From: a virus
Reading direction: 5' to 3' (one strand)
DNA: 64,000 nt
Virus record (IMG/VR): IMGVR_UViG_3300025598_002259
Span: 5,876-69,875 of that record
In this document: piece after piece, positions 28,600 to 37,470 of the stretch
Layout: each line of letters starts with the position of its first letter
How positions within the stretch are numbered: the first letter of the stretch is position 1
Program-made: the position numbers and the translations under genes
The notes under the pieces: model-generated
What the model was told of the DNA's origin: nothing
Databases searched by the model: none
What the model saw: the letters and a program-made list of their open reading frames with translations, nothing else

Positions 28600-30006
28600 T
28601 TACTGAATAACTGCGTAACGCGAGTTATTCAAAGTCTTCAACATCACTGCTGTTGGATTGAAATCCTCAGCAGCCAAGATCGAAGTCATAATCGACGGGC
28701 TGAAACCCGAGACTAGAGCAACGCCCTTGTCATTGTGCTTGACTGGAACGTTGCCTGCTCGTGCATGCAGATTCCAGAACACAATCTTCGGCACAGCGTA
28801 ACCAGCCTTCTCATACTTACGCTCGATCATCTGCATAGCAGAGTCGTCGTAACGAATGCACTGGTTGAACTCCATGTCCGATAGGATGAGAATATACTTT
28901 GGCATATCCTCAGCAGCAACCTTACCCTTAACAGCATACTTGAGAATCGAATCAAAGGCGCTGTGCAGGTTAGTGCTCATGCCCCATTCGGCCTGCTGTA
29001 GCTGATTGAGCTTCGAGATCAAATTGCCCTTGAGCACTTCAATCTTCGACTGCTCGCTAAAGGTCAAGAACATATCCTTAAATGGACCAGTGTTCTTATC
29101 AGCAAGGTACAATCCCAAGCTAACCGAAACGTCCATGCAAGTCAAATTCTTGTTACCACCAACCGGCGAGCTCATAGAGCCCGACACGTCAACCACAGGA
29201 AGAACCAACTGGTCTCCAATGTAGTTAGGCAAAGCATCCCACTGAGCCTGGATGACAGTGTCATCGCCACCAAAGGTGCGAGCCTTGATAACATCGTACG
29301 GGTAAACCGCACCAGCGTTAACCTTAGCCTCACCAGTGGACAACTTAATCTTGTAGGTCTCATAACCCATAGGATCATGCTTCTTGAATGCCTTCTGATA
29401 ACGGCTAGCAGCCAAGCTAGGTACATGGCTGTAGTTGATCTCAGTCCACTCATTCGCACACATGTTCTGCTCGACAACCTTAGTCAAGTTGACTAGAGTC
29501 TTGCGGTAAGTCTTAGGAGTCATGCCAAGCGCATTACGCAACTCAGCAGTCTTCTCGCCCTTACGTGGCATCCACTTAGCACAGAGACCGTTGCCAGCCT
29601 TAAGTGCAGCATGGATGAGATCAAAAGACATGCTCTTGACTTCCGGATCGTGCTCAAAAATCAACAGGTCGTCCCAGCGGCCGAACTCAGCCAAATGCGG
29701 AAGCACACGCTTCAACACATCCGGGTTCTTACGCTCAAGGCTGAGCAAGACCTTGCGAACAAGGTCGCGCTCACCTGCACCGCCACGAACGTCGCGAGCC
29801 CACATGAGCAAGCGAAGAGCCAAAGTCTCATCTTCGGCTAGCGCACGATGAAACTCGGCGCTCAAATCCTTGCCACGGCTTGCGCCGATTGCAAAGAACA
29901 AATCAACAAGATTGCTCTTGCTGGAATCGAAAGTCTTCATACCATTTGCGGTACGAGTTTCCATCTGTACATCTTTCACTGCATCTACAAACATATTCAT
30001 CTTCAT
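28600..30006 (-). CDS. Ro60/TROVE-like protein with vWA domain (DUF2828-like)
   Basis: RDVRGGAGER, FGRWDDL, AKWMPR; MIDAS DVSGSM, T, LSDMEF; IVFWNL, VSGFSP. Confidence 0.8.
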   Translation of the reverse strand: MKMNMFVDAVKDVQMETRTANGMKTFDSSKSNLVDLFFAIGASRGKDLSAEFHRALAEDETLALRLLMWARDVRGGAGERDLVRKVLLSLERKNPDVLKRVLPHLAEFGRWDDLLIFEHDPEVKSMSFDLIHAALKAGNGLCAKWMPRKGEKTAELRNALGMTPKTYRKTLVNLTKVVEQNMCANEWTEINYSHVPSLAASRYQKAFKKHDPMGYETYKIKLSTGEAKVNAGAVYPYDVIKARTFGGDDTVIQAQWDALPNYIGDQLVLPVVDVSGSMSSPVGGNKNLTCMDVSVSLGLYLADKNTGPFKDMFLTFSEQSKIEVLKGNLISKLNQLQQAEWGMSTNLHSAFDSILKYAVKGKVAAEDMPKYILILSDMEFNQCIRYDDSAMQMIERKYEKAGYAVPKIVFWNLHARAGNVPVKHNDKGVALVSGFSPSIMTSILAAEDFNPTAVMLKTLNNSRYAVIQ

Positions 30007-30014
30007 TCTCCTTA

Positions 30015-30076
30015 CAGGTTAAGACTAGTTTAACGTCCTAGCAGACAAGCTTTTTTTAAATGCGGAACTTAAACCT
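30015..30076 (-). ncRNA. stem-closed small RNA element 2 (Y-RNA-like candidate)
   Basis: AGGTTTAAG-TTCCGCA...CTTAACCTG terminal stem. Confidence 0.4.
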
Positions 30077-30086
30077 AATTTAAAAA

Positions 30087-30187
30087 CAGGATAGCTTTCT
30101 ACTTTTTGATTTGAGTGAGAAATCGAAACTCACCTTGCTGGCGCGAAGCCTGCACGCGAAGTTTTGTGGATTTGCTGTAACTATCCT
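30087..30187 (-). ncRNA. stem-closed small RNA element 1 with tRNA T-arm mimic (YrlA/Y-RNA-like candidate)
   Basis: AGGATAG-TTACAGCA...CTATCCTG terminal stem; internal GTGAG-TTTCGATTT-CTCAC. Confidence 0.55.
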
Positions 30188-30207
30188 TAATTTCAAACTA
30201 TGCAGAT

Positions 30208-30236
30208 ATTATAATTAACTTTTACCTAACTGTCAA
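30208..30236 (-). promoter_or_regulatory. consensus sigma70 promoter driving the RNA elements and the TROVE-like gene
   Basis: TTGACA-17bp-TATAAT. Confidence 0.8.
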
Positions 30237-30440
30237 CTACTTTTTTGTACCTGCCAAAATAGATAAATCTTTAATATCTGGATTCTTTTTATAAATCCTT
30301 TGTATATTTTTATAATGACGATACTTTTGGTAAAAGTCAATAAATTTGATAAAAGGAAATGCTAATACCAAAACTACGAGTAACAAAACAGCTAATGGAT
30401 AGAGCCAAACCCAATGGTACCCTAGTTTCGGATCTCGCAT
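30237..30440 (-). CDS. small membrane protein
   Basis: 67-aa ORF with one TM helix. Confidence 0.55.
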   Translation of the reverse strand: MRDPKLGYHWVWLYPLAVLLLVVLVLAFPFIKFIDFYQKYRHYKNIQRIYKKNPDIKDLSILAGTKK

Positions 30441-30443
30441 TAC

Positions 30444-30974
30444 TTATCCCTTAAGATAAGCAAGTACATTTTCTGGGCTAGTTTCGCCGTACGGGTCGCT
30501 GCTAAAATTGTCCTCACGTCCGGGCTCATCGAAAATCTTTTCGATTACACCGTCGTTAACAACAGCGGCATAGCGATGACTGCGATAGCCAAACCCAATT
30601 GCACTCTTATCAACAAGGCGACCCATTAGACGAGTAAACTGTCCGGTACCGTCGGGAATAACCTTAACATTCTTAATACCCAAGTGGCGAGCCCATTCGT
30701 TCATAACAAATGCATCGTTAACACTAATGCAATAGATTTCATCTACGCCCGAACTCTTAAATTCATTATATCCTTCTTCAAACCCAGGAAGTTGCTTTGA
30801 CGAGCAAGTAGGTGTAAATGCTCCTGGAAGGCTAAAAAGAACTACTCGCTTGCCAGCAAACAAATCCTGTGTAGTCTTGGCAACAAACTCACCGCCGATT
30901 GGGCATCCTCCGTCTTCAGTAGGTTCATCGCCCTCGCGGAACATAAATGTAACATTTGGAACTGTCCAATTCAT
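30444..30974 (-). CDS. peroxiredoxin (Prx5/redoxin family)
   Basis: PGAFTPTCS, SVNDAFVM..W, RS.RYA. Confidence 0.93.
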   Translation of the reverse strand: MNWTVPNVTFMFREGDEPTEDGGCPIGGEFVAKTTQDLFAGKRVVLFSLPGAFTPTCSSKQLPGFEEGYNEFKSSGVDEIYCISVNDAFVMNEWARHLGIKNVKVIPDGTGQFTRLMGRLVDKSAIGFGYRSHRYAAVVNDGVIEKIFDEPGREDNFSSDPYGETSPENVLAYLKG

Positions 30975-31013
30975 TATATTTCTCCTTTTAATGTTGTATC
31001 TAATAACTGAGAT

Positions 31014-31042
31014 AGTATATAATTGTTAAAAATAAAAGTCAA
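31014..31042 (-). promoter_or_regulatory. sigma70 promoter for peroxiredoxin
   Basis: TTGACT-17bp-TATACT. Confidence 0.65.
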
Positions 31043-31587
31043 CTACCAGTTTTACCAATTTCTTTTTTAATAGTATTAAGATAGCCTAAAATAATCTGTT
31101 GTCCTTCGGCGCTCATATCTCGGAACAAATCAACTATACTAGCTCTACGTTCATTATCACTATTAGCATCACTTTTACTTTCATTTAGTCGTTTGCATCG
31201 TATGCGAAAGTTTTCAGGCCCATTTTTATTAGTATCGATACTTTTAGGTTGTACATGATCTAGATTTGGAAAATGCATAGGGTTTCTTGTAATTCTATTT
31301 TTACCCTTTCCCCAATCGTAGTAATAAACATGAAAACCGTCATCCCATTTAACAGAATCGTGTTTATGCATTTGAAAAAACTCTTCTGTTTGTTCGTTAG
31401 TCCATTTATATTCTTTTCTATAATACCCGTAAAGAGCTACTCTAAATAGTATATGCGGGTCCTCTGCATGTTCTAGTACATAGTTAAAAATGCCTTTACT
31501 AAAATAAGTATTTTCATCGTATTCTAAACTTATCGTTCTTGATAAGATGGCATGATTAATATCGTCGTGAGATAGATTATCTTCCAT
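31039..31587 (-). CDS. HNH-like nuclease-domain protein
   Basis: NLDHVQPKS...ENFRIRCKRLNESKS. Confidence 0.5.
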   Translation of the reverse strand: MEDNLSHDDINHAILSRTISLEYDENTYFSKGIFNYVLEHAEDPHILFRVALYGYYRKEYKWTNEQTEEFFQMHKHDSVKWDDGFHVYYYDWGKGKNRITRNPMHFPNLDHVQPKSIDTNKNGPENFRIRCKRLNESKSDANSDNERRASIVDLFRDMSAEGQQIILGYLNTIKKEIGKTGS

Positions 31588-31598
31588 TCTTTTTCCTT

Positions 31599-32357
31599 TT
31601 AAACTTTTTCTCCGTAATTAACAATAGCCCATCGATAATTATTTTCGTAAGAATTTATTTTCATAATAGCATCGCCTCGAATATCATGAAAATATAATTG
31701 AGCATTAGTTCGAGTATGTAAGCTGTCTACTAAACAATGGAAACTTGAAGCTACACAGTGTATCTCCTCAGCGTGTTCTATTAATTTAATATATTGCATC
31801 ATATTATCGGTTATGTTATCTTTAACTTCGATAACTTTATAATTTGGCAAATTTTTAGCAGATCTAAATCTTTCTATATTAATAGGTATTCCATTAGGAA
31901 ATTTTGAAGAACTTCTATGCACTAAAATATATCGTTCTCCTTGACTCAGATTATTGTATAATTCTTCTGCTCCTTCTACACGTTTCGGAGGTCTAAAGTT
32001 TGTATAACGATAGGAAAATGGTATTTCATAATTTGCATATGTCTGAACATCCCATAATACGGCAGATAATTCGTTATTGATATTTTTAGTTCTTATTAAA
32101 TCTGTAGGCAAGATTCTGGCTAATTTATGATCATTAACATATTGATTCTCGCCCTCATCATAATGCCTCAACGGAATAACTTTTATGTTAGGAAAATCTT
32201 GATATAAACAAGATAAGGTTTTATAGAAATGAGGCCAAACAGGAACATGCAATTCTAAACATCTATCAGCGAAATAATGGACCGCGCCGTTATTAACAAA
32301 ACTATCGCCTAATCCTAGCGGACCGACATAAAACAGCCTATCAAATATTTTACTCAT
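31599..32357 (-). CDS. hypothetical protein, GT-B-like
   Basis: GLGD motif; AEEIHCVASSF. Confidence 0.45.
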   Translation of the reverse strand: MSKIFDRLFYVGPLGLGDSFVNNGAVHYFADRCLELHVPVWPHFYKTLSCLYQDFPNIKVIPLRHYDEGENQYVNDHKLARILPTDLIRTKNINNELSAVLWDVQTYANYEIPFSYRYTNFRPPKRVEGAEELYNNLSQGERYILVHRSSSKFPNGIPINIERFRSAKNLPNYKVIEVKDNITDNMMQYIKLIEHAEEIHCVASSFHCLVDSLHTRTNAQLYFHDIRGDAIMKINSYENNYRWAIVNYGEKV

Positions 32358-32877
32358 TCTTTTTTAATTGTGAATATATATTTTGTACGCCGATCGCCTG
32401 TCTTTTAGCATCCTCCAGCGCATTATGTAAATTTCCTTTGGGCATATTTGAATTAAATCCTAAATCAAATAAAGTCCTTGTATCTCTCAGATCCCAAAAC
32501 TTCCAAGGAAATTCTCTATTTAATTGACGGTATAAATTTTCTATGATCATAAGATCAAATACCGATCCATGACTCCAAAATTTATTACATCCATATGCAA
32601 ACTTGTGAAATTGATCTATAGCATCTGAAACTTTAACTCTATTATCAGTATTAAAAGCTTCTTCTATAATTTTAGGATCTTGTTTAGACCACCAATCCAA
32701 TGTATTAGGATCGATTGATCTTTTTAAAAGATCTTGATCATCTAAATCGAATTTAATATAAAGTTCATCTATGATTCCTTTATTAAAAGGATCAAAATGT
32801 ACAGCTCCTAATGTTAAAATAACTGCATCGGGAGTAACTGACAATGTTTCTAAATCCACCATTAAATGTTTTGACAT
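32350..32877 (-). CDS. DEDDh 3'-5' exonuclease
   Basis: MVDLETL, G..FD, RDTRT, HNALEDA. Confidence 0.85.
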   Translation of the reverse strand: MSKHLMVDLETLSVTPDAVILTLGAVHFDPFNKGIIDELYIKFDLDDQDLLKRSIDPNTLDWWSKQDPKIIEEAFNTDNRVKVSDAIDQFHKFAYGCNKFWSHGSVFDLMIIENLYRQLNREFPWKFWDLRDTRTLFDLGFNSNMPKGNLHNALEDAKRQAIGVQNIYSQLKKNE

Positions 32878-33735
32878 TTAAGATATTACCTCTTTATTCT
32901 CTAAAGCTTTTACAAAAATTTTAAACGCAGATATAGCATCTGCAGTATGCAATACTTTTTCACCATTAACATATGCTCTTGATTTTTGGAATTTGGCTTC
33001 GAGGTTATTTTTCTTGCAAATCTCTACAAAACTTTTTCTAAAAGTCTCTGTATCGGCCTTTCCTGCATGCCAAATATCTACAAAATATCCTTCACTATTA
33101 TAAGGAGAAATTCCTACATTCATACCTGAATCACCTACGTTATTCTTGCTGACATAACGTCCTGTAACATTAGTAAACAAACCAGGGTTATCATTAAAAA
33201 TCTGTTGAAGGTGTTCTGCTTTATTTTGATCTTTTTCTGAAGAAGATGTTAATTTACGAATTACTTTTTTATCATTAAGATTGCTTGGGCGAATTAACGG
33301 AATAAATTCACAATGTGTATGTCCGTTATGTTCGAATATTATAACGCTAATCAACGTGATTCGTAATGGCGTGTTTTCGTTAAGCCATTTTACGAAACCT
33401 TTAATATGCTCGTCAGCATCTTCACAAATCAATACACCATCGTCGCATTGTTTATCATACATGTAATATGTGATTTTGCTGGCGTGAACACTGTCAAGCC
33501 AGCCAGAAGCATCCTGGCTTTCAATAACTAGTACTGTCTCGTTAGATTCGTCTCGAACTACTAGGTCTACTCTTTTAGAATGAGTAGTGTGTTCTTCAGG
33601 TGTTATTGAATAACCGTCTTCGTAACTAAGGTCTAAAGAAGTTAACAAACGACGAACTGTTTCTAGATCATTTGAAATAAATTTGGTAAAAAAAACTTCT
33701 CCACCAAATGCATCTTTAATATTAGTACGCTTCAT
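32878..33735 (-). CDS. PD-(D/E)xK nuclease-like protein (DUF4268/NucS-like N-terminus)
   Basis: RVDLV...LVIESQ...D..H..K. Confidence 0.5.
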   Translation of the reverse strand: MKRTNIKDAFGGEVFFTKFISNDLETVRRLLTSLDLSYEDGYSITPEEHTTHSKRVDLVVRDESNETVLVIESQDASGWLDSVHASKITYYMYDKQCDDGVLICEDADEHIKGFVKWLNENTPLRITLISVIIFEHNGHTHCEFIPLIRPSNLNDKKVIRKLTSSSEKDQNKAEHLQQIFNDNPGLFTNVTGRYVSKNNVGDSGMNVGISPYNSEGYFVDIWHAGKADTETFRKSFVEICKKNNLEAKFQKSRAYVNGEKVLHTADAISAFKIFVKALENKEVIS

Positions 33736-33761
33736 GTATGCCTTATATTATATAATAAAAT

Positions 33762-33790
33762 ATTATATGATACAAGGCAAATATTGTCAA
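33762..33790 (-). promoter_or_regulatory. consensus sigma70 promoter
   Basis: TTGACA-17bp-TATAAT. Confidence 0.75.
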
Positions 33791-33791
33791 A

Positions 33792-33998
33792 TTAATCGTA
33801 ACGAGCAATAACGTTTAATTCTTTTTGTTTCTTACGCCATCGAGCTTTTGCAGCAGCCTTAGCTTTTCTTCTAGCGACTGTAGGCTTTTCATAATATTGT
33901 CTTTCTAGAACTTCAATTAAAATACCACTATCCTCTACTTTCTTTTTAAATTTTCTTAAAGCAGAATTAATATTACCATCTTTTACATATACTTTCAT
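33792..33998 (-). CDS. rpsU: ribosomal protein bS21 homolog
   Basis: ALRKFKKK...G...E...RQYYEKPT..R. Confidence 0.92.
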   Translation of the reverse strand: MKVYVKDGNINSALRKFKKKVEDSGILIEVLERQYYEKPTVARRKAKAAAKARWRKKQKELNVIARYD

Positions 33999-35227
33999 AG
34001 TTTATTTTCTTTTTTACTCTTATTAAAAATTAGCGTTGCTGGCTCGCCGGCCACCGCCTCTTTAGTTATCACAATTTTATTAAGGCCTCTTGAAACTAGA
34101 TCCACGGCATCAAATTGATAAGGAAGCAATATTTTTTCTAAAATATTCTTCAATCCTCTAGCATTAGTCTGTAGATTTTTTGATTTATTGGCAATATCTT
34201 CAAGAGCATCATTATTAAATTCTAGAGTAATACCATCTAACTCAAACAAGTATCGATATTGTGATATTAAACTATTTTTAGGTTCTTTTAGAATTCTTAC
34301 TAGATCTTTAATATCTAATTCTTCAACATTAGTAATTAACCCAAAACGACCGACGAATTCTGGAATCATTCCAAATGTAATCAAATCTTTAGTGGTAACA
34401 TCACAATAATTAGCAGCTAAATTTTTATTAGTTAATTTCGACCCAAATCCTACACTACTTGTTGTATTTCTACGACTAATAATTTTATCTAATCCGACAA
34501 ATGCTCCACCACAAATAAACAAGATACTACTAGTATCAACCTCAATCATTTCTCCTCGAGGGTGTTTACGTTTATCAGCAGCGGGCACACGTACAATAGA
34601 ACCTTCAATCATTTTAAGCAATGACTGTTGCACACCTTCGCCGCCTACGTCTCTGGTAAGACTAACATTTTCGCCTTTGCGGCTTAATTTGTCAATTTCA
34701 TCAACATAAATGATTCCATGTTTGGCTCGATCTATATCTCCGTCTGCTGCAGAAATAAGACGATTTAAAATACTTTCAACATCATCACCTACATATCCTG
34801 CTTCGGTTAAACCGGTAGCATCACAAATAGCAAAAGGAACATCTAGATATTCTGATAATTTCTTAGCCAACATTGTTTTTCCACACCCAGTTGGACCTAA
34901 GAGTAATACATTGGTTTTTTCTATTTGAATATCTTTATTATAATTATGAATTCTTTTGAAATGCTGACATACCGCTACACTTAAAGCAATTTTAGCATCT
35001 TCTTGTCCTATTACGTATTGATCTAAATATTCTTTTATTCTTACTGGATTATAAATTTCTTTAGAATTTTCTAAAGGGAATTTTTTGATTTTTTCTTCAT
35101 CTAACATATCTTGGCATAGTTCTACACAACTATTGCAAATAGCTGCAGAATCGCCTACGATTAATTTTTTAACATCTTCTTTAGATTTGTTACAAAAATC
35201 ACAATAATGAGTTTTATTTTTTTCCAC
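33995..35227 (-). CDS. clpX: ATP-dependent Clp protease ATP-binding subunit ClpX
   Basis: C4 Zn finger, GPTGCGKT, EAGYVGDDVE, DEIDK, RKHP, VGF ClpP-docking loop. Confidence 0.95.
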   Translation of the reverse strand: MEKNKTHYCDFCNKSKEDVKKLIVGDSAAICNSCVELCQDMLDEEKIKKFPLENSKEIYNPVRIKEYLDQYVIGQEDAKIALSVAVCQHFKRIHNYNKDIQIEKTNVLLLGPTGCGKTMLAKKLSEYLDVPFAICDATGLTEAGYVGDDVESILNRLISAADGDIDRAKHGIIYVDEIDKLSRKGENVSLTRDVGGEGVQQSLLKMIEGSIVRVPAADKRKHPRGEMIEVDTSSILFICGGAFVGLDKIISRRNTTSSVGFGSKLTNKNLAANYCDVTTKDLITFGMIPEFVGRFGLITNVEELDIKDLVRILKEPKNSLISQYRYLFELDGITLEFNNDALEDIANKSKNLQTNARGLKNILEKILLPYQFDAVDLVSRGLNKIVITKEAVAGEPATLIFNKSKKENKL

Positions 35228-35606
35228 TGGTTACTCTTTCTAAAAAATCAGTCATGCTATCAACTCTACTTAAATTAATATGACTATATAATTCTGCTAC
35301 ATTATTATCATTAGTCATATAATATACATTAGGTTTAGATAATATATAGCCTATCAAATAACTAGTTATAGCTGACATATTATTTACATTAACTAACTTA
35401 TAATCACTACAAGAAAGGCTATGTAACAGCCAAGGGACGTTAGGCTCTCCACTATAGAAGTATATATTAAATGAATCGTCTGTATCTTCTTTGAGCCATT
35501 GTGTAATTTGTTCTTGATCAGTTTCATTTAAATCAATAAACAATACGCTCTTCTGATCATTTTGAAAAATATCTGGAGGAGTGATAAGTGTAATTTTAGC
35601 CGGCAT
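35214..35606 (-). CDS. hypothetical protein
   Basis: ORF overlapping neighbours in operon. Confidence 0.65.
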   Translation of the reverse strand: MPAKITLITPPDIFQNDQKSVLFIDLNETDQEQITQWLKEDTDDSFNIYFYSGEPNVPWLLHSLSCSDYKLVNVNNMSAITSYLIGYILSKPNVYYMTNDNNVAELYSHINLSRVDSMTDFLERVTSGKK

Positions 35607-36672
35607 CTTTTAATCCTTTCTTAACTTCTGCTTTGATTTCTTCAGGAACTTGATAGAAAGGTAAAATGCCACTTTTAACTCTTTTAACCATATCTTTAAT
35701 ATTACGTTCGGATGTAGCGAGATAATCTTTTTCGCTAATTACATTACTAACATTTTTCCACATCCCACTTTCATTTTGTTCTTCATTTTGAACATAAGAA
35801 CTAGTAGTTTCTGATTTCCCCTCAACGCCTTTTTCTGCAGCATCGATCATGGAGTTCCATAAATCTACCGGATCTTGGGAAGAATTGGTAGGATCATCGA
35901 TCTTTTTAAATTGTTGAAAACTATATTGACTGGCTAATAATAGTATCACTGCTAACGGATCAAACACTAAAATAAGAATTAAAATAACCCAAGTGACTGC
36001 CCTTTCTAAAATACTAGGATCAGTATTACCATAAACAAAGGCTGCTATATATCTAATAGGGCCAACTTCGGATTCGACTTTACGAGATTCAGCAGCAATT
36101 GGTGCTCTTTCATCATTAAGCAATGAAATGTGTTTTTGTGATTCGGAAATTTCTGATAATAATCTCGATCTTTCTTCAGCTTGTGTATGTCTTAATCTTA
36201 CCGCACGGCTTGCTCCCTGTTCGTCGTTTGATCTTTCCATCAACTGATCGACAGCAGTATCCATTTGTTTTAATGCTTTACGATTTGTTTCTATGTTTTC
36301 TCGTTCGGTTTTGATTTTTTCATCATAGACTGCAATGCGTGCAGCTACGTCGCCACTGACTAGGCTTTGGTCGCTATGTGCTTTGCTGAGAAAGCCGAAG
36401 ATACCCATACTGGTGATTAGCATGAGTACTACAATAGCTGCTATTAAGTAGCCTTTGACAGCAGTCGGAGCAATAGCCCAATTTTGCTTGAGCCATACTG
36501 TAGCAACTAGTTTGCTAATTTCTAATGTAACGCCCATTACAATAATAGGTACTACCGCTGCTGAGAATATTGCAGTTAATCCTGAAACAGAATAATAAAC
36601 TGCAACTGCTGAAATTGCTAGTCCGGAAAGTAAAGTCAAATAGGCTACGATCTTATTGGATAAGGTATTCAT
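35596..36672 (-). CDS. multi-TM coiled-coil phage protein
   Basis: 3 TM, coiled coil, TM; start reassigned to ATG 36672 just after ATAAATA. Confidence 0.7.
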   Translation of the reverse strand: MNTLSNKIVAYLTLLSGLAISAVAVYYSVSGLTAIFSAAVVPIIVMGVTLEISKLVATVWLKQNWAIAPTAVKGYLIAAIVVLMLITSMGIFGFLSKAHSDQSLVSGDVAARIAVYDEKIKTERENIETNRKALKQMDTAVDQLMERSNDEQGASRAVRLRHTQAEERSRLLSEISESQKHISLLNDERAPIAAESRKVESEVGPIRYIAAFVYGNTDPSILERAVTWVILILILVFDPLAVILLLASQYSFQQFKKIDDPTNSSQDPVDLWNSMIDAAEKGVEGKSETTSSYVQNEEQNESGMWKNVSNVISEKDYLATSERNIKDMVKRVKSGILPFYQVPEEIKAEVKKGLKDAG

Positions 36673-36745
36673 GGAAATATTTATTTCCTGAATTGCGGCC
36701 TTATCCTTTTTCTTTCTCCTGCGTTTACGCTTAAAAAGCTTCACA

Positions 36746-37135
36746 CTATCCTCGTCGCATACGACTAATAGATATCATTTCTTCTTCATTAATCACGGGC
36801 ACAGCGTTACTCTTATGCATAGTAGCAATACCTTTAATAAGAGTGCCGGTATATTTACGTTCGGGAGGCCTAGCGCAGGGTGCCCAAGTAGACTCTACAC
36901 TTTTAATTTCTCGAGTAGCATCTTGTCGAGGAGCGTTATACAATGGTTTATAACTGGTAGACATAAACCCTTTCTTGTTGGTCTTAGTTGTCTTTACATT
37001 ATATTCTCGATACAGAGCTTCTTGCTGTTCTCGAGCTAACTCACTACGGCGCTTATGTTCAGCAGATGCCCACTTCTTTTTGCCTTTCTTCTTACCAGTA
37101 GTAGTAAGAGCAGGATGTGCTAAATGCATTGACAT
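36746..37135 (-). CDS. basic phage protein
   Basis: YTGT..KGIATMHKSNAVPV motif recalled from T4-like phages. Confidence 0.65.
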   Translation of the reverse strand: MSMHLAHPALTTTGKKKGKKKWASAEHKRRSELAREQQEALYREYNVKTTKTNKKGFMSTSYKPLYNAPRQDATREIKSVESTWAPCARPPERKYTGTLIKGIATMHKSNAVPVINEEEMISISRMRRG

Positions 37136-37470
37136 TACTTACCCTCGTTATTAAATTCTGAAATACTTTCGATAAATTTCATATCTTCTTCGCTAGGCAG
37201 ATACCAACGGTTTTCTTTGAAATTCCAATGACGGGTATCATGTAAATCAAAGTTAAAATAGAATCCAAGAATACCGACGAAAATATGTAGTCCTGCATGA
37301 TCTGTTTTAAAAGTTAGATTAAAAGAAAAATCCACTATAATATCATTAATAATTCCGCAATGGAAATCAATAACTTTATTTTTGGAAACTTTCCGATTTT
37401 TTTCGTAACAATTATTATGAATAGGGTTGTTAATTAGAGGATTTCGTAAGCCAAAAGAAAAGTCAATCAT
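37135..37470 (-). CDS. hypothetical protein
   Basis: ATGA coupling at 37467-37470. Confidence 0.55.
   Translation of the reverse strand: MIDFSFGLRNPLINNPIHNNCYEKNRKVSKNKVIDFHCGIINDIIVDFSFNLTFKTDHAGLHIFVGILGFYFNFDLHDTRHWNFKENRWYLPSEEDMKFIESISEFNNEGK

Noticed and set aside
33792-35227. Bacterial chromosomal origin suggested by rpsU, clpX, rmlAB and ssrA
   Set aside because: These genes lack their bacterial operon context (no clpP/tig/lon, dnaG or smpB) and are interspersed with phage-type genes and TAAATA late promoters
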